DNA from: an uncultured Ruficoccus sp. | GTDB lineage: Bacteria > Verrucomicrobiota > Verrucomicrobiia > Opitutales > Cerasicoccaceae | NCBI GenBank assembly: GCA_965140785.1 | Contig: OZ223514.1 | Coordinates: 96,001-160,000 of the forward strand | Direction: 5' to 3' | DNA length: 64,000 nucleotides | In this document: positions 52,885 to 63,444 of the stretch, piece after piece | Layout: each line of letters starts with the position of its first letter | Numbering within the stretch: the first letter of the stretch is position 1 | Made by a program: the position numbers and the translations under genes | Notes under the pieces: generated by a model | What the model was told of the DNA's origin: nothing | The model's input: the letters and a program-made list of their open reading frames with translations, nothing else | Databases searched by the model: none

Positions 52885-54516
52885 ATGAATCGCGGCTATC
52901 TCTACTTCGTTCTGGCAGCACTGACGCTTTCGATCTGGTTCACCGGGGCTGGCTGGCCCTGGAAAGTCCTGCTCTCGTGGATCGGACTGTCGGCCTTGTA
53001 TTTCGGAATTGGATACATGACCGGGTGGGGCGAGATGATGGCCAAGTCCCGCCATGGCCGCCTGCCCTGGGCGATCAAGGTGGTGCTGCTGCCGGTACTG
53101 ATCGGCGTGGTCGTTTACCACCGCATCGCGAAAAAACTCGACCAGGCCGAGCCGTTGCACCAGATCCGCCCCGGACTTTGGCTGGGCCGGAGGCTGACCC
53201 TCTCCGAAGGCGATCTATTGAAGGAAAACGGGATAACCGCCATCCTCGACGTGACGGCGGAGTTCGATGCGCCGTGCTCGGACTTGCTGGACGAGGACAT
53301 TGCCTATTTGAACATCCCCATCTTCGACCGGCACAAGCCACGCCTCGGACAGGTCGCCGCCGCGGTCAAGTGGATCGCACGTCAGCGCGCGTGTGATCGG
53401 CAGGTGCTGGTGCATTGCGCGCTGGGGCAGGGGCGCTCCGTCACCGTGCTGATGGCCTACCTGCTTTTTTCCGAGCCGTCCCTGAAGCTGGATGAGTTAC
53501 TGAAAGAAATACAGACAATCCGCTCGGTCGCCAACCCCAACCCCCTGCAAATGCGCCTGCTGGAGCGCTTTCAGAACTCCGAGTCCCGCCGTCAGAAGTC
53601 CCGTGCGACGGTCGTTTTCAACCCCGTCTCGGGCAAGCGTGACCCCGAGACAGACCGCGCGCGGCTGGTTGAGCTGCTGGGGCCGTTTTTTAAGCTGAGC
53701 ATCCTCGAAACCCAGCCGGAGGTCGAGGCCACCGACCTCGTCCGGCGGGCGTTGGAGGAGGGAGCCGATCAGGTCATCGCGGCTGGTGGCGATGGGACAG
53801 TGGCGGCGGTGGCCGGCGCCCTGGCCTCGACCGATGTGCCGATGGGGATCATCCCGCGCGGCACCGCCAACTCCCTCGCCATGTGCCTGTACGGCGCGAG
53901 CGTGCAGGTCGATCCGGTCGGTGTCTGCTGTCGGCACATCATCTCCGGAGAGACGCGTCAGATCGATGTCGCCCGCTGCGGCGACAAAACGATGGTGCTG
54001 CTGGCCGGGATCGGGATCGAGGCGGGCATGATTGAGAAAGCCGAGCGCGAAGCCAAAAACCAGTGGGGCGCCCTGGCGTACCTGATCGGGGGCTGGCAGC
54101 AACTGGAGGAGCAGAAGCCCTTCCGGGTGCGGCTGGAGGTGGACGGGCAGGAGGAGACGTTTGAGGCGAGCTGCGTTACCGTGGCCAACGCCGCGCCGCC
54201 CACCTCAGTCTTCGCGCAGGGGAAAGGTTCTCCCGACATGGCCGATGGCCAACTCGATGTGACCGTGGTAACAGACTTTGACTCGCGGGCGCACGCCGTC
54301 GAGACCATGGGAAAACTCTTTCTGGGCACCTACAAGGAGCAGGAGAGCCGTGACCAGACCGTCCGTCACTACCACGGCAAGACCATCCGCGTGGAGACCG
54401 AGCCCGCCCAGCAGTTTATCCTCGACGGGGAAATGGCGGGCGAAACCCCGGTCACGCTAGAGGTCGTGTCCGGCGCGCTCAAGGTCTTCCTCGATGCCGA
54501 CGAGGCGGACGCCTGA
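52885..54516 (+). CDS. Membrane-anchored dual-specificity phosphatase / diacylglycerol kinase-family fusion
   Basis: N-terminal TM helices, VHCALGQGRS P-loop, NPVSG, GGDGT, PRGTAN, LDGE. Confidence 0.88.
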   Translation: MNRGYLYFVLAALTLSIWFTGAGWPWKVLLSWIGLSALYFGIGYMTGWGEMMAKSRHGRLPWAIKVVLLPVLIGVVVYHRIAKKLDQAEPLHQIRPGLWLGRRLTLSEGDLLKENGITAILDVTAEFDAPCSDLLDEDIAYLNIPIFDRHKPRLGQVAAAVKWIARQRACDRQVLVHCALGQGRSVTVLMAYLLFSEPSLKLDELLKEIQTIRSVANPNPLQMRLLERFQNSESRRQKSRATVVFNPVSGKRDPETDRARLVELLGPFFKLSILETQPEVEATDLVRRALEEGADQVIAAGGDGTVAAVAGALASTDVPMGIIPRGTANSLAMCLYGASVQVDPVGVCCRHIISGETRQIDVARCGDKTMVLLAGIGIEAGMIEKAEREAKNQWGALAYLIGGWQQLEEQKPFRVRLEVDGQEETFEASCVTVANAAPPTSVFAQGKGSPDMADGQLDVTVVTDFDSRAHAVETMGKLFLGTYKEQESRDQTVRHYHGKTIRVETEPAQQFILDGEMAGETPVTLEVVSGALKVFLDADEADA

Positions 54517-54564
54517 GTGGCTGCGCCCGTTATCTGTTTTTAACGGGAGGCAACGGGCTTGGGC

Positions 54565-56211
54565 TCAGTCCTCCCGGTCTTTATACAAAAGGAAGCTGGC
54601 GGCATGGCCAGCGGAGCCTGACGCGGTCTTGAGCAGGAAACGGTTTTTCCCGGCGCGCAGCTTTACGGGGAGAAAGTTCGGGTCGCGGACGGCGCCGTGC
54701 ATCCCGTCGAGCTCGCCCGCCAACTCGCCGTTGACCCAGAGCCGCGCGTAGTAATCGACCCGCAGCACGAGCATGCCGTCAGTGGCTTCGGGCAAGTCGG
54801 CTTCGAAGGCGACATAGGTCACGGCGGGTGCTTGGTTGCCGCTTAGCTCGCGAAAGTCGGTCATGTCGCCGGGCTTGCCGGTCGCAGCGGGCAGGGGCTG
54901 CCAGTTGGCTTCACCGTTTTCGGGGGCGTAGGGGGTTTTTAGCGACGAAAGGGCGTCCGTGGCCGCCGGATCGGCGACCGGGTAGGGGCCGGCCCAGCGT
55001 ACATTGGTGATAGCGACGGGGGTGAGGGCGAACCTACCACGCACGTCGGCGGTGGTGAACGTGTCCTGCGGACTGAGCTGATCGCTGGCGTCGGTTTCGC
55101 CGGCCAGCAGCAGGTAGCCGAGCTCCACCGGGCCGTTCAGCAGCAGCCCGGGATCGGTTTCCGGCGAGAGAACAATGCTCAGCCGGTGAAGCTGCGCGGG
55201 CAGGTCCGAGGCGAGGACCTTGTAGGTGTAGCCGTTGCGGCTGTTCGTCATTCTCAGTTGCGGTTGTTGTCCGTCGATCAGGGTGCAGAAGCTGCCATTG
55301 TTTTCATCAAGGAGATAGAGGAGGCCGACGGTGGTGCCGCGGAATGTCAAACTCAGTTCCGCTCCCGGCTCCTCGGCCTTCAGGCTGCCGTTGAAAAACC
55401 GGCTCCACCAGCCTTTCATCGGCGAGGCGTGGCTCCAGCCGGGTTGGTCCACCACACCGGTCAGCGCCGCCATGCGCCCATCGAGAATCAAGGGGCGGGA
55501 GCTCAGGGGCTTGGGCAGGGTAGGGGAGGGCGTGTTCGCCTTCGCCAGACGATTCAGATACGGGACCAGAGCGTCGCCGATCACCTCGGCGTAAAAGGCG
55601 TGTCCTTTGGCGTTGGGGTGGACGCGGTCGCCGTAAAAGGCTTTCCACGGCTTGTCGCTGGCGGCGAGTTCGGCATCTACCGCTGCCTGAAGGTCCACGT
55701 CCAGCAGGCCGTAGTGCTGGGCCACGCGCCGATGCCGGGCGAGGTTGACGCCGTCTTCAGCGGCGGCTTCCAGAATAACAATGGCCGGGGGCTGCGGCAG
55801 GCTCTTGAGCCGTACGATCAGGCTCTCCATGTAGCGGACGGCTTCCTCGTCGCTGAGGCCCCCGTCGTTGACGCAGTACTCGATCAGGACCAGATCAGGC
55901 TGGTGGGCGATGACGTCCCGTTCGACACGAAAGATACCCAGCTGACTGCCGGTGGCGCTCATGCCCGAATTGATCATTGTCACGTCGCTGTCGGGGAAGT
56001 GCTCCTGCAGCCAAGGGCCGATCCAGCCTTTCCCGGCCTGGGTGATCGACCCGCCCAGTGCTACGCAGCGTAGGGGCGCGCCTGCCTGGGCGCGGGCGAA
56101 GACCTCCGCCACGTCCGCGCCGGGAGCAGGGGTGCCGGCGTGAGAGGCCGGAGCACTCAGAAGTGATCCGGTAAGGGCGAGCAAGTAAATAAGGCGAAAA
56201 GCAGTGCGCAT
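54565..56211 (-). CDS. Secreted SGNH/GDSL hydrolase with C-terminal beta domains
   Basis: LGGSIT, EYCVND, DRVHPN; signal peptide from ATG 56211. Confidence 0.85.
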   Translation of the reverse strand: MRTAFRLIYLLALTGSLLSAPASHAGTPAPGADVAEVFARAQAGAPLRCVALGGSITQAGKGWIGPWLQEHFPDSDVTMINSGMSATGSQLGIFRVERDVIAHQPDLVLIEYCVNDGGLSDEEAVRYMESLIVRLKSLPQPPAIVILEAAAEDGVNLARHRRVAQHYGLLDVDLQAAVDAELAASDKPWKAFYGDRVHPNAKGHAFYAEVIGDALVPYLNRLAKANTPSPTLPKPLSSRPLILDGRMAALTGVVDQPGWSHASPMKGWWSRFFNGSLKAEEPGAELSLTFRGTTVGLLYLLDENNGSFCTLIDGQQPQLRMTNSRNGYTYKVLASDLPAQLHRLSIVLSPETDPGLLLNGPVELGYLLLAGETDASDQLSPQDTFTTADVRGRFALTPVAITNVRWAGPYPVADPAATDALSSLKTPYAPENGEANWQPLPAATGKPGDMTDFRELSGNQAPAVTYVAFEADLPEATDGMLVLRVDYYARLWVNGELAGELDGMHGAVRDPNFLPVKLRAGKNRFLLKTASGSAGHAASFLLYKDRED

Positions 56212-56315
56212 GGCTGTCGGATAAAAGGAGGGAAGGTCGATGGGGAACGGCTGGGGGATTTGTTCTATGTCCAACCGTCCCTACGCTAACGGGCCTGGAA
56301 AATGGCAGGCAATCT

Positions 56316-57218
56316 TCAATCTTTCAGTGGGCCGGACACCGGCAGCCTGCGCTGGGCGCGCTGCATGAAATTACGGGGCGAGCAGCCGAAGCGGCTCTTG
56401 AAGACACGGGAAAAGTGGTACGGATCCTCGAAGCCGACTTCAAGCGCGGCGGCCTTGACCAAGCTGTTGCGGCGCAGCAGGCAGGCGGCGGCGTGCTCCA
56501 TTTTTAGGCGGACGAGAAACTGGTAGGGCGTCTCCGGAGCGTGGCGTTTGAACAGCCGGGCCAGGTAGGCCGGATCGACGTGGCAACCGCGGGCAGCTTC
56601 CTCCACCGTGCGCAGAGTACGGAAATGATCCCGCAGATAATCACGGCAGCGCTTGAAGGTTCCGTAGCTGCCATTGTCCTCGACCGGGGCGAACTTGGCC
56701 TCCTCGCGCAGTTGGAGCAGAAGCAGTTCCGCCAGCAGACGGCTCATGGCGCGTTGGGTGGCGGGAGGGTAGTGGCCGCAGTCCAGGAGTTGGTCAAGAA
56801 TATCCCGTACCCAACGCGTTTGGATCAGGGTGTGCGGGCGGCCATCTGCCAAGCCGCTGGCCTTGAGTTGGGCCTCGGCCTCGTGTCCGCAAAAGTCCAG
56901 AAATAGCTTGATCAGCCGTTGCCGGGAGGGGAGCGCCCGCAGTTTGTAGGCGGTCTCGGGGCCGTAAGCGAACAGGCTCCCCGCCTCCAGCTGGTAGCGG
57001 TTGCCTGCGATTTCCAGCTCCCACAAACCCGATAAAATGTACTCCACCGCCAGGTACTGGAAGCCGTCCCGGTGGATGAAATAATCGGGCGCGCACTCCT
57101 CGCGCCCGGCGCAGGTCACAGCAAAGGCGGTGCGGGCTGGCGGGCTCAGGTCCACAAAGAGGTACTGGCTGTCCACTACCTGTTGGGAGATGAAGGCGGG
57201 CGCGATTCCGGGTTTCAT
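56316..57218 (-). CDS. AraC-family transcriptional regulator
   Basis: YLARLFK, VGFEDPYHFSRVFKSRFGCSP. Confidence 0.92.
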   Translation of the reverse strand: MKPGIAPAFISQQVVDSQYLFVDLSPPARTAFAVTCAGREECAPDYFIHRDGFQYLAVEYILSGLWELEIAGNRYQLEAGSLFAYGPETAYKLRALPSRQRLIKLFLDFCGHEAEAQLKASGLADGRPHTLIQTRWVRDILDQLLDCGHYPPATQRAMSRLLAELLLLQLREEAKFAPVEDNGSYGTFKRCRDYLRDHFRTLRTVEEAARGCHVDPAYLARLFKRHAPETPYQFLVRLKMEHAAACLLRRNSLVKAAALEVGFEDPYHFSRVFKSRFGCSPRNFMQRAQRRLPVSGPLKD

Positions 57219-57332
57219 GCTGATTAGGTCTCAAATATCCATCTATGGGTCAAGTTGATCTATTTACGCGGCGGCCCGGTTATGCTAGGTTTTCCCTCCA
57301 CACGGATTAATCTAGCAGAAAGGCCCCTACCG

Positions 57333-58373
57333 ATGAGTCATGCCCTGAGCCAACCCTTTACCTTGGACCCGGACGGTGTCGATCCCTCCACCGTGCCTTT
57401 CCGCGCCCTGAGCACTGGCGCGAAGATGCCTGCCATCGGCGCCGGGACCTTCGGCTCCGATCACGTTAGCCCGGACGAAGTTGCCGGGGCCGTGCGTGGA
57501 GCGATCGCCTGCGGCTATCGTCATCTCGACTGCGCCAGTGTTTATGGCAACGAGGACAGGATCGGAGAGATGCTCAAGGGCGTTTTCCCGGTCATCCCGC
57601 GTAAGGAGTTTTTCATTACATCGAAAGTCTGGAACGACGCGCACGCGCCGGAGGACGTCGCCGCCTCCTGCCGCCAGTCCATCGCCGATCTTGGCTGCGA
57701 GTACCTCGACCTGTATCTGGTGCACTGGCCGTTTCCGAACTTCCACCCGCCGTTTTGCGATGTGGAGAGCCGCTCGCCCGACTCGGTGCCGTTCAGCATC
57801 GAGCGCTTCATGGCCACCTGGCGGGCGATGGAGCAACTGGTGGACGAGGGCCTGGTCAAGGCCATCGGCACCTCCAACGTCACCATCCCGAAGCTGGAGC
57901 TGATCCTGCCGCAGTGCCGCATCCGGCCTGCGGTCAATGAAATGGAGCTGCACCCGCATTTCCAGCAGCCGGAGCTTTTTGACTACGTGCGAGAGCAGGG
58001 TATCGTCGTTGTGGGCTACAGTCCCATCGGCTCGCCCGCCCGTCCCGAGCGCGACAAGACGCCCACGGACACCGTCGATATGGAGGACCCGGTCATGGTG
58101 GAAATCGCTCAGGCGCACGGCATCCACCCGGCCACGCTCTGTGTCAAGTGGGCCGCTCAGCGCGGGCAGGTGCCGATCCCCTTTTCCACCAAAAAGCGCA
58201 ACTACCTGGCCAACCTGCGAAGCATTTGCTCCGATCCGCTCACGGACGAGGAGATGGCGCGCATCGCGGGCATCGACCGGGGCTGCCGCCTGATCAAGGG
58301 GCAGGTCTTCCTCTGGGAGAGCGCCCGCGGCTGGGAGGATCTCTGGGACCTCGACGGCAAGATCGCCCGCTAG
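57333..58373 (+). CDS. Aldo/keto reductase
   Basis: HLDCASVYGNE, ITSKVWN, YLDLYLVHWP, IGTSN, NEMELHP. Confidence 0.92.
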   Translation: MSHALSQPFTLDPDGVDPSTVPFRALSTGAKMPAIGAGTFGSDHVSPDEVAGAVRGAIACGYRHLDCASVYGNEDRIGEMLKGVFPVIPRKEFFITSKVWNDAHAPEDVAASCRQSIADLGCEYLDLYLVHWPFPNFHPPFCDVESRSPDSVPFSIERFMATWRAMEQLVDEGLVKAIGTSNVTIPKLELILPQCRIRPAVNEMELHPHFQQPELFDYVREQGIVVVGYSPIGSPARPERDKTPTDTVDMEDPVMVEIAQAHGIHPATLCVKWAAQRGQVPIPFSTKKRNYLANLRSICSDPLTDEEMARIAGIDRGCRLIKGQVFLWESARGWEDLWDLDGKIAR

Positions 58374-58426
58374 TCCCACATGTATTGAAAATTTAACTAC
58401 ACAAAACCCAAAAGCTTCTTTTCCCC

Positions 58427-59509
58427 ATGTGCTCGACCACTCTTCCTACCTCCATGCAGGGCGCTGTCCTGCCCGGCGACAGCAGCACGCAGCTCCGCTC
58501 CTACGCCGTGCCCACCCCCGGCCACGGCGAGGTCCTGCTCAAGATGAAGGCCTCGACCATCTGCGGGTCGGACATCCGGTGCATTTACCACGAGCACCTG
58601 GGCAAGGGCCCCGAGGGCTACCAGGGCGTCATCGCGGGGCATGAGCCCTGCGGGCAGGTCGTCGCCGTCGGTCCCGGCTGCCGCCAGTACAGGGAAGGCG
58701 ACCGGGCTATTGTTTACCATATTTCCGGCTGCGGCCTGTGCAATGACTGTCGCCGCGGTTACATGATCTCCTGCACGCACCCGACCTACCGCCGTGCATA
58801 CGGCTGGCAACGCGACGGCGGCATGGGCGAGTACATGATCGCCGAGGAGAAGGACTTGATCCACCTGCCCGGGGAGCTTTCCTATGTGGACGGGGCGCAG
58901 GTCGCCTGCGGGTTTGGCACCGTTTACGAGGGGCTGGAAAAGATCGGCATCTGCGGGAACGACGCGGTGCTCATTACCGGCCTTGGCCCGGTCGGCCTGG
59001 CCGCGGGCGCGCTCTGTCGGAAACTGGGCGCGAACAAGATCATCGGTATCGATGTGCTCGACGAGCGCCTGGCCATCGCCAAGGACATGGGCCTCGTGGA
59101 CGAGGCGCTCAAGTCCGGCCCCGACAATGTCGAGCAGGTGCGCTCCCTCACCGGGGGCCACGGTGTCGAGCGCGCGGTGGACTGCTCCGCGCACCATGTG
59201 GCCCGGTTGACCGCCATCCAGGCTACCCGCAAGTGGGGCCGGATCGTGCTCATCGGTGAAGGCGGCAAACTGGAGATGCAGCCTTCGCCAGACATGATCC
59301 ACGACCAGAAGACGCTTTATGGTTCCTGGGTCACCTCGACCTGGCGCATGGAGGAACTGGTCGAGCGCCTCGTGCGCTGGAACCTTCACCCCTCCGACCT
59401 CGTTACCCACCGCTTCCCGCTGGAAAAAGTGGACGAGGCCTACGCCCTCATGGCCTCCGGCAAGTGCGGCAAGGTCGCCGTTTGCTACGACGAGGAACTG
59501 GAGGCGTAG
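58427..59509 (+). CDS. Zinc-dependent alcohol/polyol dehydrogenase (MDR family)
   Basis: ICGSD, GHEPCG, CGLCNDC...C structural Zn site, GLGPVG. Confidence 0.92.
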   Translation: MCSTTLPTSMQGAVLPGDSSTQLRSYAVPTPGHGEVLLKMKASTICGSDIRCIYHEHLGKGPEGYQGVIAGHEPCGQVVAVGPGCRQYREGDRAIVYHISGCGLCNDCRRGYMISCTHPTYRRAYGWQRDGGMGEYMIAEEKDLIHLPGELSYVDGAQVACGFGTVYEGLEKIGICGNDAVLITGLGPVGLAAGALCRKLGANKIIGIDVLDERLAIAKDMGLVDEALKSGPDNVEQVRSLTGGHGVERAVDCSAHHVARLTAIQATRKWGRIVLIGEGGKLEMQPSPDMIHDQKTLYGSWVTSTWRMEELVERLVRWNLHPSDLVTHRFPLEKVDEAYALMASGKCGKVAVCYDEELEA

Positions 59510-59746
59510 AGCCTGTAGGCACGCCTGTTCACCTCGCGCCTTCAAATGACGGGATTGAGGGCTATCCCCGCGTGGCCATTCGGTGCGGACGTGGTGAGGC
59601 GCAGAGGTTCTTCCTGTGCGCTTACTTATGCGCCTGCCGCAAGCTCCGGCCTGGGTGCCATCGCACGGCAAATGAGCCTCGCCCGCGAATCAAGCTTTTC
59701 ATGGCAGGGCAATGATGTTTGAGTGTCATTTCTTATTATCAGACTG

Positions 59747-62139
59747 ATGAATAACGAATCTGCTGCTACCTCGCTGACCCTGAACGTTCCTGCCGGCCAG
59801 GATTGGAACTGCGCCCTGCCGGTGGGCAATGGCCGCCTCGGTGCCATGATTTTCGGAAACATTTTGAGCGACCGCATCCAGCTCAACGAGGATTCGGTCT
59901 GGAACGGCGGCCCGCAGCACCGGCATAACCCAGATGCGCAGAAGCACCTGCCGGAGATTCGTCGCCTGCTGGCCCAGGGGCGGCTCTCCCAGGCTCAATC
60001 CCTGACCAACGACGCCCTGGCCGGCATCCCGGACAGCATGCGCTGCTACGAACCGCTGGCCGATCTGCTCTTTTCCCATCAGTACGAGGGAGTCAGGACC
60101 GAGCTTAGCGCGGACGAACTGGCAGACGCCGACAGCATGATCGGGGGGGCGACCGACGCTGAACTGATCGAGGCCTACCGGCGCACGCTGGATATGCGGC
60201 AAGGTGTCGTGAAAACTGAATACACGGTACGTGGCGTCACGTACCGCCGCACGGCTCTGGCGAGCTTTCCGGACCAGGTCGTGCTCGTCCGCTTCGACGC
60301 GGACCAGCCCGGGGCGCTTTCGTTCCGGCTGCGGATGGAGCGCGGCCCGCGCTCGAGCTATTCGACCCGTTTCGCCGACGCCGTGGAGCAGATCGCTACG
60401 GACCGGTTGGGCTTGCGCGGCAAGACGAGCGGCGCCGGGGGGGTGGCCTTTGCCTGTGTCGTCGGGATCAAGGCCGAGGGTGGGGAACAAGTTCGCATCG
60501 GCGACACCCTGATCGTACGGGAAGCCGACGCGGTTACGCTCGCTTTTTCCGCCGCCACGACGTTCCGCGAAAAGGACCCGCTCGCCTATGCCGACGGTCG
60601 TGTCGAGGCAGCTTTGGCCCAGCCGTGGGAAGCCCTCCTGGAGCGGCACGGTGCGGACTTCGAAAAACTTTTCGGGCGAGTCTCACTCACTATGGGTGGC
60701 GAAGACGAGCCGACCGGCGAAGCTTCCGCCGTGGCGGCTCCGCGGGAGGCGGCCCGTTATTTCAACTTCGGGCGCTACCTGATAATTTCCTCCAGCCGCC
60801 CGGGATCGCTGCCGGCTACCTTGCAGGGTATCTGGAACCAGGACTTCTGGCCCTCCTGGGGCTCGAAGTACACGATCAACATCAACCTGGAGATGAACTA
60901 CTGGCCCGTGCTGCCCGGGGACCTGGCCGAGTGTCAGGAACCGCTGACCGAGCTGATCGAGCGCCTGGCGAAAAGCGGAGAGGAAACCGCCCGTATGATG
61001 TACGGCTGTGGCGGCTGGGTGGCCCATCACAACACCGATATCTGGGCGGACTCGTGCCCGACGGACCGCAATCTGGCCGCGACCTACTGGGTCATGGGCG
61101 GGGCGTGGCTGTGCCTCCACCTGTGGGAGCACTATCTGTTTACCCTCGACCGCGAACTGCTCGGGCGTGTCTTTCCGCTGCTCAAGGGGCGCGTGCGAAT
61201 TCTTTTTCGACTTTCTGATTGAGGACGAGCAGGGCCGCCTGGTGGTTTCCCCCAGCGTGTCTCCGGAGAATGTCTATCAGCTTCCGAACGGCGAGTTCGG
61301 CACGCTCTGCCAGGGCACAAGCATGGACAGCCAGATTCTCCACGCGCTGTTCGAAGCCGCCGCCGAGGCCGCTGAGGTGCTGACCATCGAGGCGGACTTT
61401 GCCGCGCAGTGCCGGGCCAGCCTCGAGCGCCTGCCGCAGCCGAAGGTCGGCGCGAACGGGCGCCTGCTTGAATGGCTCAATGAGGATCATGTCGAGATCG
61501 ATCCCGAGCACCGGCACATCTCGCACGCCTTTGCCGTTTATCCGGGTAAGCAAATCACTCCGGCGGCTACGCCGGAGGCCGCCGAAGGACTGCGCCAGAC
61601 GCTCCTGCGTCGCGGCGGGGGTGGTACCGGCTGGGCCATCGCCTGGAAGTCCATCCTCTGGGCCCGCTTGCTCGACGCCAAGCGCGCCGGGGAGCACCTG
61701 GGCGGGCTGCTGCAGAGAACCTCCAGTACAGCCGCGGGCGGGGTGGTCAAGCAGTACACCGGGGGCGGCAGCTACCCGAATCTTTTCTGTGCGCACCCGC
61801 CTTTCCAGATCGACGGTAATTTCGGCGGCTGCACGGCGGTGGCGGAAATGCTCCTGCAAAGCCATGAGCGTGAAGTGCTCGATGGCGAACCGGTTGGCGT
61901 CCTGCGCCTGATGCCCGCGCTCCCCGGAGGGTTGGAGCCGGGGCGAACTGAAGGGACTGCGCGCACGGGGTGACCTGTCGGTGGACCTCAGTTGGGACGA
62001 CGGTAGCCTGACGCAGGTGAAGCTTCGCAGCGGAACTGCTGCCCGCGTCCTCCTCATCTACGGCGAGAGCCGGGAAGTGGTGGAGCTTACAGTCGGGCAG
62101 GTGTGTGTGCTGGATGGCAGGCTGAAAAGCCTGGCCTGA
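59747..62139 (+). CDS. Glycoside hydrolase family 95 (alpha-L-fucosidase/L-galactosidase-like; frameshifts ~61190 and ~61950)
   Basis: [58 protein letters not shown]. Confidence 0.9.
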
Positions 62140-62169
62140 GATTCACCCGACCTCTTTCGCGGTCGCTGC

Positions 62170-63271
62170 TTATTGTTCCGGCGGACAGCACAGTAACAGT
62201 GTGCAGGGCTCGCCGTTGAGGGGTTCTAGGCGGACTTTTCCCAGCCCGGCGGGCAGCACGCATTTTTCGTACTGGTTCAGGCGGATACGGGTGGTGCCGT
62301 TGCTCAGCTCGCAGGCGCCCCTCTGTTACGATGCTAATGGTGAACTCATGGATGGGCGGCTCGCAGGGCTCGGAGAAGGTGAGCCGATCCAGGCGGAAGC
62401 GCGGTGTCTGGGCCGGGCCGATGAGCCGGTCGCGCCAGGCACCGGTGGAGAAGTCCTCGAGACGTTGCGGGCGGCAGCGCAGTTGTTGCTCAATCGTTTC
62501 CTCGCGGCAGGGCTCGGTGGCGAACACGTCCAGGCAGAAGTCCAGCCCCCGCTGCATGAAGCGCGCCGCCTCGGGCAGGGTGTAGCCCCCGCGCTCGAAC
62601 TCGAAGCGCACGACCAGGTCCGAGGCTTCCTGCAACTCGACCAGAAAGAGGTCCTCACCCAAGGCATGGGGCGTGCCTCCGGGCACGAGCAGGACGGTCG
62701 CCGGGTCGGACGCTGACGCGGTTCATCCGTTCCAGCAGGGCCGCGATATTCTGAGTCTCGATCCACTCCCTGAGTTCCTCGCGCGTCGGCGGGCGGTATG
62801 AAAGCCGAGGCACACATACGGGTCGGTGTTCTCCGGGCGGGCCTCCAGCACGTAGTAGGCTTTCCGTTTTTTTCCCACCGGCGAGTTGAGATGGAGTTGG
62901 GCGAATTCCGCCGTTGGGTGCACACTGGCAGGTGCAGCCGGATAGAGGCGTCGATAAACTTGACCAGGATGCGTGGGTCCGCCCCAAAGCGCGCGACATG
63001 AGCGGCACCGAGGAAGTACTCCGGGTCGGCTTGCATGAGCTCACGCAGGCTGCGGGTGCTTCCGGCGTACTCGACCGTTGCCAGACCATTGGGAGCCACC
63101 GACGCCTGGCGGGTTGGTGTGCTTCGGTCAGGGGAACCGATCCAGTCCTCGGGGAAGTGGCTGTCGCCGGGCTCATCGTCCCCGGAGAGCGTGTCGAGCA
63201 GTTTGTCCACCTTGATAGGTGCGCCAGACGCGATTGGGGTTGAGCTTGTAGAAAGGACGGTCGGTTTGCAT
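62170..63271 (-). CDS. Type I phosphomannose-isomerase-like cupin (many frameshifts)
   Basis: Fragments NRVWRTY.GG, PEDWIGS, LVKFID..IRLH..HP, PGGTPHALG, ELQEASDL across frames. Confidence 0.75.
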
Positions 63272-63444
63272 GGCGTATGCGGGACGTAAAAAGAAGGATC
63301 GGGTGGGAGGGTTGGAAAAGGTTAGCCGGGTACTTTTGGTTTTAACCGGGACTCAATCGTCATTCTGGCGAACGGGTCGGGAGAGTCAGGCTATTTTCCG
63401 GTTTATCGATAAATTGCAAGGGCACTGGGGCGCGGTTTGGAGCC

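Noticed and set aside
59510..59746. Intergenic stretch starting gagcctgt as a possible IS end or sRNA
   Set aside because: No matching inverted terminus or convincing stable structure found by eye.
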